From Anthoceros angustus (lineage: Eukaryota > Plantae > Anthocerotophyta), in the NCBI GenBank assembly GCA_010909165.1, contig MU008183.1, positions 1 to 64,000 on the forward strand: a DNA stretch of 64,000 nt. The letters run 5' to 3'. A program made the translations under genes and the position numbers. Within the stretch, counting starts at the first letter, position 1. Every line of letters begins with the position of its first letter. Shown here piece by piece: positions 49,013-61,010 of this stretch. The notes beneath the pieces are model-generated. The model saw only the letters and a program-made list of their open reading frames with translations. It ran no database searches and was not told where the DNA came from.

Positions 49013-51439
49013 AATTAGACCAAAATCGGTGATCCGAGCACACGCTGAACCCCCTTACAAAGAAGGGCATTGCAACCACGTTCAAGCATGTGCACAGACT
49101 AAGTGCTATGTCCGCTAAGTGCGTTATCCGCTATGACCTATGTGCACAGACTAAGTGCTATATCCGCTATCCGCGACACCAAACAAAACTTTCGACACTA
49201 CCGCCTGCTCGCCAAAGCCTACATTTTGCCTCTGCTCGTGTCTTCCCCACTACCCGAATAAGTAGTCTGAGCTGCCATATCCGGCGCCTGACCACCTCCG
49301 GTGATCGGTGGCGTAAAGTCGCTGACCTCGTCACAGGGCCTCGGCCAGCTAGCTCGATTTTGGCTAGAGGGTAGATTTCTAGAGAGAATTGACCATTTGG
49401 TCATTATTTTACTCAATATGGTAAAATCTATTACAATAGAGTAGAAAACATGGCATGTCGGGTGAAATGTATCCACCATAAAAGTTGAAACCAGGCGAGG
49501 TAGGAAAAAATAGACACCAAGTGAATACGGTGTACACACACACGAGACACAACCGGCTACAGTGGTGCACACGTGTCGCTGATCAAATGTATCAAGTTAC
49601 ATCCGGACTGTTCCACTACACACTTAAAAGCGGACAAAGGCGCCTGATGAAGCGGACCCAACTACAAAGATTGTTTACTCGGAGAATTAAGACCAACACA
49701 ACCTCGTAAAAGAACGAATTGGCTTAGCCAAACCTCATTGTAAGAGCAAAAGACAATACATGCAAAATAGCATACAATTGCTATCTATACTTCAATCTGA
49801 ATCATACAATCCTACATACACGATGAGGAGACATATTACTTTCCGTGATTTAGCTTGTGGGAGGTACAAAACTACGAGGCAAGTGTATTCTAACTCTACT
49901 CATATTTAAAAAAAGCGTGGAAAGAAACAAAACTGACAATTTATGAAAGAGAGCACTAAACAACATGCAAAACATGCTACAAGAAAAGGACACAACGTAG
50001 GAACAAAATTCAGGCAACTGATGTTACTATAGACACAGCGGAAAACAAAACAAGCGAGCACGTGCGAACCAACCTCCAAACATGAACACTGAAAATTCCA
50101 AACATATACACTGAAAGAAACAAACACTTGAAGAGACTCAAAGACCATGGATCTTGTCGATTGGGAGATTTGTTTGGAAACTGATATACTATGTGTTCTT
50201 ACTTCATTACGTCTGATCGTGACCGGCTTCAAACAAAAGCAAACACGATAGAAACATAAGTTCGCAACTACAAGATTTTTAGGCGACAAAGAGACAAAAG
50301 TGACATTAAAGAACACAACATGCGAACTCTAAGCACAAAACTCCTAAAATATAACACGGCAAGTTCATAACGAAACTTGACTGACGTAAGAAGGAAAAAG
50401 GCATAACAATCAAGTACCCATGTGGGTTGAAAACATTAGTGATTACGGACACCCATAAAAGGTGACTAAAGTCGACTAAAGTGACGGACTAACCATACCT
50501 TCTAAAGCTAGCCTTAACCAAAGCCCCGACGAAAAATGAGGTTAGATAGTCATCAAAGTACAAACAAACAACGGGCTAACATAACACGATAGCACGAAAA
50601 CAACAAGATAGAAAGTAATCCAATGAAAAAACGAGACCCATGTATCGCGAGATAACACACACTTGCACCCGAACATGCGGATGTTACGTCCGCAACTACC
50701 CTTGTCTTGAGGAAGACTACGAGAAGCGTTGACTCAGGCGATATGCGCATTTGCGGACGCCGACAACGGCGGATCGCTTGAGTCAATCTGATCAATGCTT
50801 GTCCATGTGCATGCTTGCATACGAGACAAGCATTAGATCAAGAAAGCGAAAACAATTATCACTAACAAGGCGGCGGACTAACCATACCTCATAAAGGGGG
50901 CCTTAAGCAAAGGCTGAAAGGCGTAAAATGGACATAAGATAGCTATTATATAAGAAGAAATAAAAACCAGCATAAAAAGCGATAACTTTGGACACAACAA
51001 GACAAAAATAAACCACCATAAGACAAAATGACAATCAAACGACAACAAGGTATCGAAGATAACTCACAGTTGCACCCAAACATGGAGATGTAACGTCCAA
51101 TACTTCCCACGGCTGATTACTCCTTGCATAGATCGCAACAACATCGTGAGACAAGAACGTAACAAACGTACGATTGATAACAGTCAGGACCAAAGTGGTC
51201 TAGCAATATAACTTGCATAAAACAAGATGAAGGAACCGCAATGGTCGTAACAAAAGAAGTCCAAGCACGGACCAAACAAAACAAGGAAGCAACCAACAAA
51301 CAAAGACCATCAAAGAACATGATACCATCTTTCCTACAAACAAAACAAAGGACACAAAGGACGCTTCTACGATTACGTGTTAAGAAACACGAGCATGCAA
51401 CACCCCTTACTCCACGGTCATTTCTTAAAACCGAGGCAC

Positions 51440-51800
51440 CATGGCCTTCGACGAGCATTCAAAGCGGGGCAACAAACAACGGTGGCCTTGAAGCGAGCAT
51501 AGAATAGACCTTGGCCTTCAAACAAAAGCTGGAGAAAGGCCTTAGCCTTGTGGCGCTAAAAGAACCTTGGCCTTGAAAAGAGTGGACAAGGCCATAGCCT
51601 TTCGCACCACGGCATAAAAGAACCTTGGCGTAAACAAAGACCTATGCCTTTAGAGCATAGCGCAACACCTTGGCCTACGAAAAGACAGAGAAGAACTTTG
51701 CCTTCGGAGCAGAGCGCTATGCCTTTAGAGCATAGCGCAACACCATAGCCTTCGAAAAGCCAGCATGCATAAAGACCTATGCCTTCGAAGAAGGCGGCAC
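51440..51800. repeat. Degenerate ~25-30-bp GCCTT-core tandem repeats
   Basis: Repeated (T)GGCCTT / ATGCCTTTAGAGCATAGCGCAACACC units. Confidence 0.7.
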
Positions 51801-52586
51801 CTAAGCCCTCACGACGGATGAGGAAAGAAATCTATCTCCGAGACAAGCCTCTTATATAGGCCAGCAAACCTAGCCGTTCTCACTCTGTGCGCCTCCATTC
51901 TCTCTCTACCAAACCACATTTGAATTTCCGGACCTAAAATACCGAGCGGGTCCAAACATATCTAGGTTCGCGATTAGATTCGCCGCCGCCGCCCTCCTCA
52001 CCCAAACCTAGTTTCCAAGTTCTAAACCTAGCTTACCTTCACCAAACCTAGCCTACCTCCACCAAACCTAATCTCCGAACCCCAAAGCGGGCGACTGCCG
52101 AATCCACAACCGCACACGTTGACACCGGCCGTGAACCATCTAGAACCCTAAAACTTACATAAACAAGCGCCACCCTAATTACATGCGCCACCGCCCATCA
52201 CGCCATCAAGCTCACCATGTTTTTGGTGCTATTGATCGCAAAAGGTTAGCATCGGGTTTAGGGTCGCCGCTCGCTCGACAAATTCTGACCCATTAGCCGC
52301 CAAAGCACCTTACACCGCATCGCGTCATCCCTAGCGTTCTGGGACGTTCTTGCATCCTCAAGCGCTCTCTTTATGATCGAGATCCTCCGCCCACCACGCC
52401 TTGAGTGCTCATGTGTTTCACCAAGAAACTACGGTCACAGTGGAAGAGTTCTTCTGTTGGCGAAAAGGTTTGAGAGTGCATGTTACGAGTAGATTGCATA
52501 GGTGACAACCAAGTTTTGTACCCGTCATGCCCACTAGTCCTATCTTCTTATGTTTTTCTTTTATGTCTTTGGCTTGTTGGACCCAG

Positions 52587-55500
52587 TGTGGGCTATGGAC
52601 TTCCCTTGGGGTTAGGAAATAAGTGGGGTTTTGTTTTTTTGTAGGTTGGAATAGTAAAATAAAGTAGGAAAAGGAGGAATAAGCACGGATGGCGCTTGGA
52701 CGGGACTTGAGTAAAAGCGGACCACTCCGGACTAAGCAACGGACCACTCAAGAGCAGACCCGATACCACTATGGAAACTCCGGACTACACTCCGGGAGCA
52801 AGTCGAGAAGCTCGGATACCGAGTCTGTGGTTAAGTCGGACCACAGTAAGTCCGGGACCCCGAGGCCGGACCCGGAGACAAGGTCGGACCGGCGGACTGG
52901 AAATGCCGGACTCACGAAGTTCGAGTGAGCGAGACCTCGAGTCAGGCTGCGGCGATGAGGAGGAGCCCCGCCGACTTACGCTAGGGAAGCGAATGGCCGG
53001 TGGCCCGGCGAGGACCGAGGCGGGGAGGATGGCGTCGTAATGCAGGCGGTTGTCGAACCCGCCGTATAACTGGCGAGGATTAGGGAGAGGAGGGGCCCGC
53101 CTCACGGATCATCCGATTGGGGCGCCACATGGCTATCGGGCGGAGATTGGACCACCATCCGGGCGGAACCCGATCTTCCGCCCACCGTAGGCAAGGAGAT
53201 AGGGAGGAAATAGGATGGTAGGCGGCCGATTAGGGCATCTTGGGCTGGCCATCGTCGAATAGAGTGTAATAAAGGCGACCTTGGGCGTAGTATAAGAGGG
53301 CGAGGCCGCTCTAGTAAAGTATCTTTCTCTTGGTGTTGATCTGCGTTCTTGCAGACCCTTGGGCGTCTTCTTGCTAGAGTCACGAGTGGCGCACGGCGAC
53401 TCGGGAGGCAGTCAAGGTCTGTGACGGACTTAGCGTGTGGTGGTGTGTGCGGGAAGGACGGCGAGGACCCTTGTTCGTCGAGCGGCGGTCCAACGTCGGC
53501 GGGCCGGGCGTGTGAGCCGGAGGTACCGGGAGGGTGTCACGAGCCGGACGGAGAGGCGTGACACGTAGGAGGTCTGACAGTAGCCACTTGCGTTCTTTTC
53601 CAAGGTTGATAAGTGTAGAGAAGGCGATGAGGAAGGCAGATGAAGAAGCAGTGTGAGCAGCGGACGGGTCCTTAAGCGTTTGGCCACAAGCTGTTCGGTG
53701 AACGTTATAAATAGCTGGGTGTAAGCGAAGATTGAGTGTGTTAAGGTGAAGTGGACCCGAAGAAAGGTGAGAATCGGTGAGCGCAAGCAGCTATCATTCT
53801 CTTGGAACGGACTCCATACCACAACGACACGGATTGTGCGCTGTCCATCGGAAAGTCGCGCCACATTTTGGCGCGTTCGAATGAAATCGTTCGTAGCAAG
53901 CGTGGATGCGTGGAGGGGCGTGAGGTAGTTAAGACGAATTGCTAAGAGGCGGACGTTGTGGCCGGGCGCTCGGCGCGAGCACGTGAAAACGACGAGCTCG
54001 GCGAGGACACCGTACGGGTGTCACGGTGGACTTGTCGGATCGTGAGGAAGAAGTAGCACCACGCGGCGGAGTAAGGGCGGTTCCTCAAACTTTGCGGGCG
54101 ATGGCAACAACGTCGACCAAACAGCGTACTCCCTCTTTGGAGGTAAGAAGAGAGAAACCGTGGAGGATTTCGTGTCGCGAACTTCAATGGGAGGATCGGA
54201 TGCACTCATCCAATTTGTTCCAAGGGGTCCTTGGCGGGCGGCGGCTCGATTTACCGAAGGAAGTATCGGCCACCCAGAATGCCCCGCAACCTTGAGCGTT
54301 GAAGGATGCCTTCTTGGAGCGATTCCGTGGAATTGACCAAGAAGGCTAAATCTTGTCCAAACTCGAGAACACAGGCGAGGCAAGGCGGAGAAGTTGGGAT
54401 CGTACATCGAGCGGTTCTGCGCTTGAGATCGACACCACCCACACACCACCATGCGGTGCGGCGTTGGTTGCGGCGGGCTTACCTAAGCCAATGGCTAAAC
54501 ACGTCTCTTGTTGGCGAAGAAAGATGTGAGCAAGGCGGCGGAGAATTACGAAGAATCGATGCACCAGCGGCCAGGCGCCTCTAGGAGGAAAGAAGAAGAA
54601 GAAAGCGGGGTCGGACTCAAGATGAAGAGTCCTCGGAGAGGAGGATGAGGCGAGGTGGCATCGGAGGAGGAGGAAGAGGACTCTGAGGAAGAATCCGAGG
54701 ATGCCATGGAAGAAGAAGAACCTCGTCGAAGAAATAAGAAGAAAAAGCCCGTAGTGAAGCGGAGGGCGGAAAAGAAGGAGGTTATGATGCCTACACCGGT
54801 GCGAGAGGTCCCGCCTGACCCAACTCCGTTGAAAGAAGTAGCGGGGCTGAGGGAAGATTTGGAACGGGTGATGAAGAGGGTGGAGGAGTTGACGATCAAC
54901 CAAGTGAAGGACAAAGAGCGGGCGGAAGGCCACCAGTTCGAACCCATCGTGTGCGGTATGCCACCGCATGGGCACTCAAAGGCGGTGCCCCTCCGGACCC
55001 GTGAACCGGGTGGCGATTATGGGGAGGAGTCGAGGAATGGGAGGATGCTTAAGTGCAAGAAGCACCCCGGGGCCGCGATGCAGCGATGTATCCGGTAGGA
55101 GGTCCATCCATACACCGCCCTCCGATGCAACCGAATGGGAGGACCACCGAATCCTTGAGGCGTGATGGTCTCTGGGCTGGGAACCCGGGCACTACTCCAA
55201 CGCCTGCCCATATCCCACCAGACAAGGTAATGGAGATTTTGAACGGTTGTGTGGGGATTGTAAGCAGGCCGGGCACATGGCAGGCAGTACCTTGTGTCCG
55301 AATCCTCGTTCAAGAACGGTGCGCTACGCCACTCCGGCAGGGGAGCCGCGACCGCCGACGCCTCCCCTTCCTAAGGCTGCGCCAGTGCTACAAATTGAGG
55401 ATGCACAGCTGGCGGAGTGGGAAGAGGCGCCGAAGGGACTTGGAGCAGGTAGTGCAGGGAGGAGAGAAGGCGGATCCGGAGGTCTGGAAGTGTCAACCCG

Positions 55501-58090
55501 GCCAGGAGCGAAGGAGAGGAGGCGGTTTAAGAGGAAGAAAATGAATGAAGCGGATACGGAGGCGGGACACACAAAGGAGGCAACTCCGGCTAAGGAAGGA
55601 GAGTTAAATCAGGCAGCTTGGGCCGGTCGAAGCCTCCGGAAACGTTGGGAGAAACGGACCCACCCAAAGCAACACCTCAGTTTCCACCGGATGTGGCCCG
55701 AGAAGTGGCGGAGATGCTTCAGGAAGAGATCCGACAGGACCCAGGAGTGGTCCGACCACCACAGGGTGCTGGCGGAGCGCTGGAGGACTCGAGGCGGGCA
55801 CGCGATGCAGCGAAGGAGCCACCCACACCTTTCAAGGTAGCCGACCTGATGATGGATCAACAACATTTGGTAACACTGAGGCAGTTGTTAAAAGACAACC
55901 CGAAGTATCGGCAGGAAGTCCGGAGGGCCATCAGGGAGACACAACCACGACGAAACCCCTTGAGTCGAAAGGACAAGATGTGGAGGTAAGGGTAGTGTCT
56001 CATACGGACCGGGCGCCCGATGGTTGAGTAGAAATTGCGGTGTGTGATCAAGCGTACCTCTGGATCACGGGGTCGAGTGAACCTCATCACGGAAGCCACC
56101 GCAAGACGGTTGGGGTTCACAGCCTTTGAGCCATCCACCAAAACCCTTGGATGGCGGATATGTCACGCGCCCGGTAGGGAGTTGTCCGAGTCAAGCCACC
56201 ATGGCGGGGAGCCCCTATACATTGGACTTGGTCATCGGACCGCCGGACCTCCAGGGGCACAGTCTTGTTGGGACGTCCGTGGCTCGGGCTTGCTCGAGAC
56301 AAAAGTTACACTTGACGGGAAGGAAATCCACTTCAAACCCGTGGATTGGGATCCAAGGTCGAGAGGGAAGGGTGGCGCTCACTTGGAGTAAGGATACATA
56401 CTGTGGGGAAACTGTGAGCACCACTGAGGGGTACACCGCCTGTGATAGTACGGATGATGAAAGGGAAGACACTGACGACGCTTACCCTTTCCCCAAAATC
56501 ACATGGTCAGAGGAGGAGATGGATTACCTGGAGGGATGCCTTTGGAGCGAGGTGGACGAGAGGTCGCCGATTGCTTCCGGGTGGGTTGACCCGGAGCAAG
56601 AGACGGTGGCGTGTAAAGAAGCATGATACCTAGTGTTGGCGAGACGCCAATGTATGAGAAGGGAGTATGGGCTACTGACTTCCCTTGGGGTTAGGAAATA
56701 AGTGGGGTTTTGTTTTTTGAGGTTGGAATAGTAAAATAAGGCGGAAAAGGAGGAATAAGCACGGATGGCGCCTGACTTGGGACTCGGTAAGCAACGACCA
56801 CTCGGACCAGCACCCGACCACCCGGAGTAAGCAACCTGGACCGATACCACTATGGAAACTCCGGACTACATTCGGAGCAAGTCGAGAAGCTCTGACACTT
56901 CTGAGTACGGGCAAGTCCTGACCACAGTAATAAGTCCGGACCACGAGGTCCCACCCCTGAGACAAGGGTCGGACCCACCGGTTACTCAGAAATGTCGACT
57001 CAAGTTCGAGTCAGACAGACCTCGAGGTCCGACTGCAGCGATGAGGAGGGAGCCCCATGGAAGCTTACGCTTAGAAATGCAGATAGCGGACGTTAGCCCC
57101 GGCGAGGGGCCGAGGGAGGCCGGAGGAGGATGATGCCCGTCGTAATAGCAGCGGCCAGTCGGAACCTTGCCTCACTTGTGATGCTTCAACAGCAGATTCC
57201 GAGAGAGAGGAGGGCCCGCCTCAGCCTCGGATCGTCAGATTGGGAGGCGCCTACAAGCTGTCGGGGCCAGGGCCGGAGATTGGACCACTTCATCCGTGAA
57301 CCAGAATCTTCCAGCCCCACCAAGCGAAGGAGATAGGGGAGAAATAGGATGGTAGGCGGCCGATTAGGGCATCTTGCAGCCATCGGCTCGGAATAGGGTG
57401 TAATAAAAAGGCGCCCGACCTTGGCGTAGTATAAAGAAATTTGAGGCGGCTCTGGTAGCAAAGTATCTTTCTCTTGGTGTTGATGCCGCTTTGATTACGC
57501 AGGACCTTCTTGGGCGTCATTGTACTAGCCAGTCCTGGCAGGCACAGCTCCGCGGAGCGACTCTGATCAAGGTCCCCAGTAGCACGGACTTAGCGCGTGT
57601 GGTGGTGTGTGCGAGGGGAAGGGCGGCGAGACCCTTGTTAAGCCAGAGCGGCGGTCGGCGGGCCGGGCGGGCCGGAGCGTGTGTTGGAGGTACTTGGGAG
57701 CCGAGGTGTCTCAGAGCGGGCCTGACGAGAGGCCCGCGTGAACAGCAGGAGGTCCCAATGTGTACTTCGATTCTTTCTCAAGGTTGATAAGTGTAGAAGG
57801 CGGTAGAGGAGCGGATTTGAAGAAGCAGTAGCGAACGCAGAGCGGGCGCATAAGCGGGTCTTCATCGCGTTTAGCTGGCCGAGACTGTTCTGGTGAGCGA
57901 TTTATAAATAAGCTGGGTGTAAGCGAAGATTGAGTGTGTTAAGCGTGGACGACCCAAGAAGAAGGTGAGAATCGGTACGGGCAGAGCCTTGGCAAGCGGA
58001 GCTATCATTCTCTTGAGGAGCGGACTCTCCATACCACAACGACCTTTGCACGGATTGTGCTTGAGCGCCCATCGGCACGAGTCAGCGCCC
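52587..58090 (+). mobile_element. Non-autonomous Ty3/gypsy-like element with gag and protease only (TR-GAG-like)
   Basis: LTRs at 52587-53865 (TG...CA) and 56666-~58090; TGGCGCG PBS-like site at 53869; PPT GAGAAGGGAG before the 3' LTR; knuckle CGDCKQAGH; protease-like VNLITEATARRLG; no RT, RNase H or integrase motifs. Confidence 0.8.
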
Positions 58091-59919
58091 TGACGAGGTC
58101 TCCATCATCAAGGTCTCTGGCCTTGCTCTTCCAGGGTTGGTTTCCATCACATTACTGTTTCCTTGCGATGTATGTTGATTTTATTCAGTATGCGTGCGTA
58201 TACACAGGCATGTGCGGTGATTCCTTTGCCATGTGTTAGTGCATGTTTTAAAGCTTCTTATTTCTGGTTGAAAGCCACTAAAAATGAAATGCGTCCTCCA
58301 CGGAGTCTCGTGGAGCCGGGAAGGGACGGACATCAACGAGCGACACCCAGGATGTCGGGTCCCACCGGCTTCCACCCGGGCGTTCCAAAGGCGTCATCCT
58401 CGAAAGTCCCAACCCTCACGAGGATAGCCACACCATCGAGTACATGGCAGTCATCCGGAAGTACTTAGAGAACCATGGGGCGCCAAAGCAAGCGTTTGCC
58501 AAGACCAACCGGGGACATCAGAAGGATGGCTTCAACTTAAAGTGATGTGGTCGCCACACTTGACATTACAGAGCCTTCAGTTACGGTTTCTTCAATTTTG
58601 ATCATCTGCTGGTTTGTGATGCCGGCCCGATTCTGGTGCATTTGTGATGTCATCTTATTTGGTAACAGTCTTTCTTGAGCCGATGCTAATCTGCACGCAT
58701 ATAGATTGCTCAGTTCAAGTGCTCGGTTGTGCTGGAAGCCTTCGAGCGAGTTGGCTGCCACGATTCGAATGACAGTGCCTACGGCCCAAGCGCATCCATC
58801 CCATCGAGGCATAGCTTTGCAAGGCGCCCAGGAGCCAAAACCACAGAGTCACCCGCTGGTGCGGGACAACGTGCAATGACAAACTTTCATGACGCAAACT
58901 TTCGCTGGCGCGTCTGCATTACATCGCACTTCAGAGTCCGAGGGTTGGGAGGTCGATGGGTGCATGTTCGCGGCAGGATCAGGTAGGATCGAAGCAGGAT
59001 GAACAAGGCGGGGAGGGAAAGGTCATCACCGGATCCTTGAAGGTACTAGGCGCTCGGCGGTAAGCGCCTCTCCTTGAAGTTCGATGGTTTGAATGCAGTT
59101 TACGCAGGAAGGTGAAGGCGGGACGGGGCGTGAAGGTTTGGCCGTCGTGCGTACATGAGGCGGCCCAAAAGCTCAGCACGAGCTCCCGATCGACCTTGTC
59201 TTGGTGCAGAGGCTACTACGTCCGCCATGGTGGTGGCGGAGATAGCGGCCCGCCACGGGCGGAGGAGAGGACATCATCCCCTCGCTCACCGACAATCACG
59301 TGGTTCGTGGCTTTCGTAGGCAGTACTGCCGTGCTTCATGTGGAAGGCGGCCAAGCGGCGCACGGTGAGGCCGGATCTCTTCTTGCGCAGTAAGAAATAG
59401 CCTATGAATGAGTTTGATATCGATTCTAATGTATTTAAATGACCGGGACGATATTCTCTTTGTGCGGCCTTTGTGGCGCGACTTTTGGTCACGCGACCAG
59501 CCGGCAATGGTATGCACCGATCCTTGCAGGTCGTTGTAGTAAGGAGTTCGTCCACGTGGAATGGTCTCGCTTATTCCGCCCGAGCTCTATGTACCATCGC
59601 CCGAACGGACTTCATCATGTTGGGTCCGGCCCACAACCCTAAGGTGTGCCCCTCCACACCGTCGGACCAGACGCCGAGCCCACCTGACCTTCCCACAAAC
59701 CCCACCCGGTTTCTCCAAGACCAGGAATGTTTAGCGACGCTGCCTCCATCGCCGACCAGCGCCTCCCTCAACTCGTCCCCAACTCCACCTCAACACACAC
59801 GCCGCAACGCGACCTCTCTCTTATCCATCACCACCGGTAGTCACAACACCAACACGCCTGATGTATTCACACCAGCCGCCTTTTGCCCCTTCCGCCGCAC
59901 GCTCATGGAGAAGTAGCTG

Positions 59920-60280
59920 CAAACTCCTGCTCCACAGCCTCCAAGGATGGCTTCCGCCAGCAGTCACCCCAAGCGCCCTAATCCCTCCGACCGCTTCACG
60001 CTCGCAGAGAAGTGACTTCGCAGCCTGCCTCCACAGCTCCGCTCCAAGAGCCTCCAAGGATGGCTCACCGCAGTCACCCCAAGCGCCTAATCCCTCCGAC
60101 CGCCCACGCTCGCAGAGAAGTGACTTCGCACCGCAACTCCAGCCCATTCCAGCAGCCTCCAAGGATGGCTTCCGCCCCGTGTCACCCCAAGCGCCCTAAT
60201 CCCTCCGACCGCTTCACGCTCAGAGAAGTGACTTCAGCACTGCAACTCCATGCCTCCGCTCCAGCAGCCTCCAAGGTTAG
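59920..60280. repeat. ~110-bp tandem repeat, about 3 copies
   Basis: GCCTCCAAGGATGGCT...GTCACCCCAAGCGCCCTAATCCCTCCGACCGC...CAGAGAAGTGACTTC units. Confidence 0.9.
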
Positions 60281-60699
60281 TCTCGCACCCGAGATTCACC
60301 ATGAGCACCTCCCCGAGCTCAGTCCGCCCCTGGCCTCGCACCCATCAAGCGTGTTGCGGAGCTCGTCACCGTAGCTCTAAACACATCCTCTACCACCAAT
60401 TAATCCTCGACGCAGACGCAGAACTCACTCCGAGCACGAAGGCAAGAGCACACGGAGCCAAGATGGTACTCGGATAGTCGCCGCCTGGACGCCAGCCTTC
60501 CTATATACTCCCATACCCCAACCTAACCCGCCTATGTATGTATCCTAACCCCGCTATGTATGTACCCTAACCCTGGTCGTGGTAACACGGACGAGCTCAT
60601 CACACCGGACTTCTTGCACCACCGCCTCCGCCAAACAAGAGATCCATGCCAGCGATGCCCACCAAACTAAACCACCCGCCGTACCTCACCCGCCGACCT

Positions 60700-61010
60700 C
60701 TCAAGGACGGACCACTCCATCGACCTCGCCCGGACGGACCACTCCGGGACCCCAAGGACGGACCACTGACCTCGCCCCACGACCACCCGGCCGGACCTCG
60801 CCCGGACCACTCACCACCCGTCCGGACCGCCCGGACGGACCACGCCGACCGCCCGGACGGACCACTCCGCCGGACCTCGCCCGGACGGACCACTCCGGAC
60901 CTCGCCCGGACGGACCACCCGCCGGACCTCGCCGACCACTCCGCCGACCGCCCGGACGACCACTCCGCCGGACCTCGCCCGACGGACCACTCCGCCTGAC
61001 CTCGCCGGAT
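60700..61010. repeat. GC-rich minisatellite
   Basis: CCGGACGGACCACTCCGCCGGACCTCGC repeats. Confidence 0.9.
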
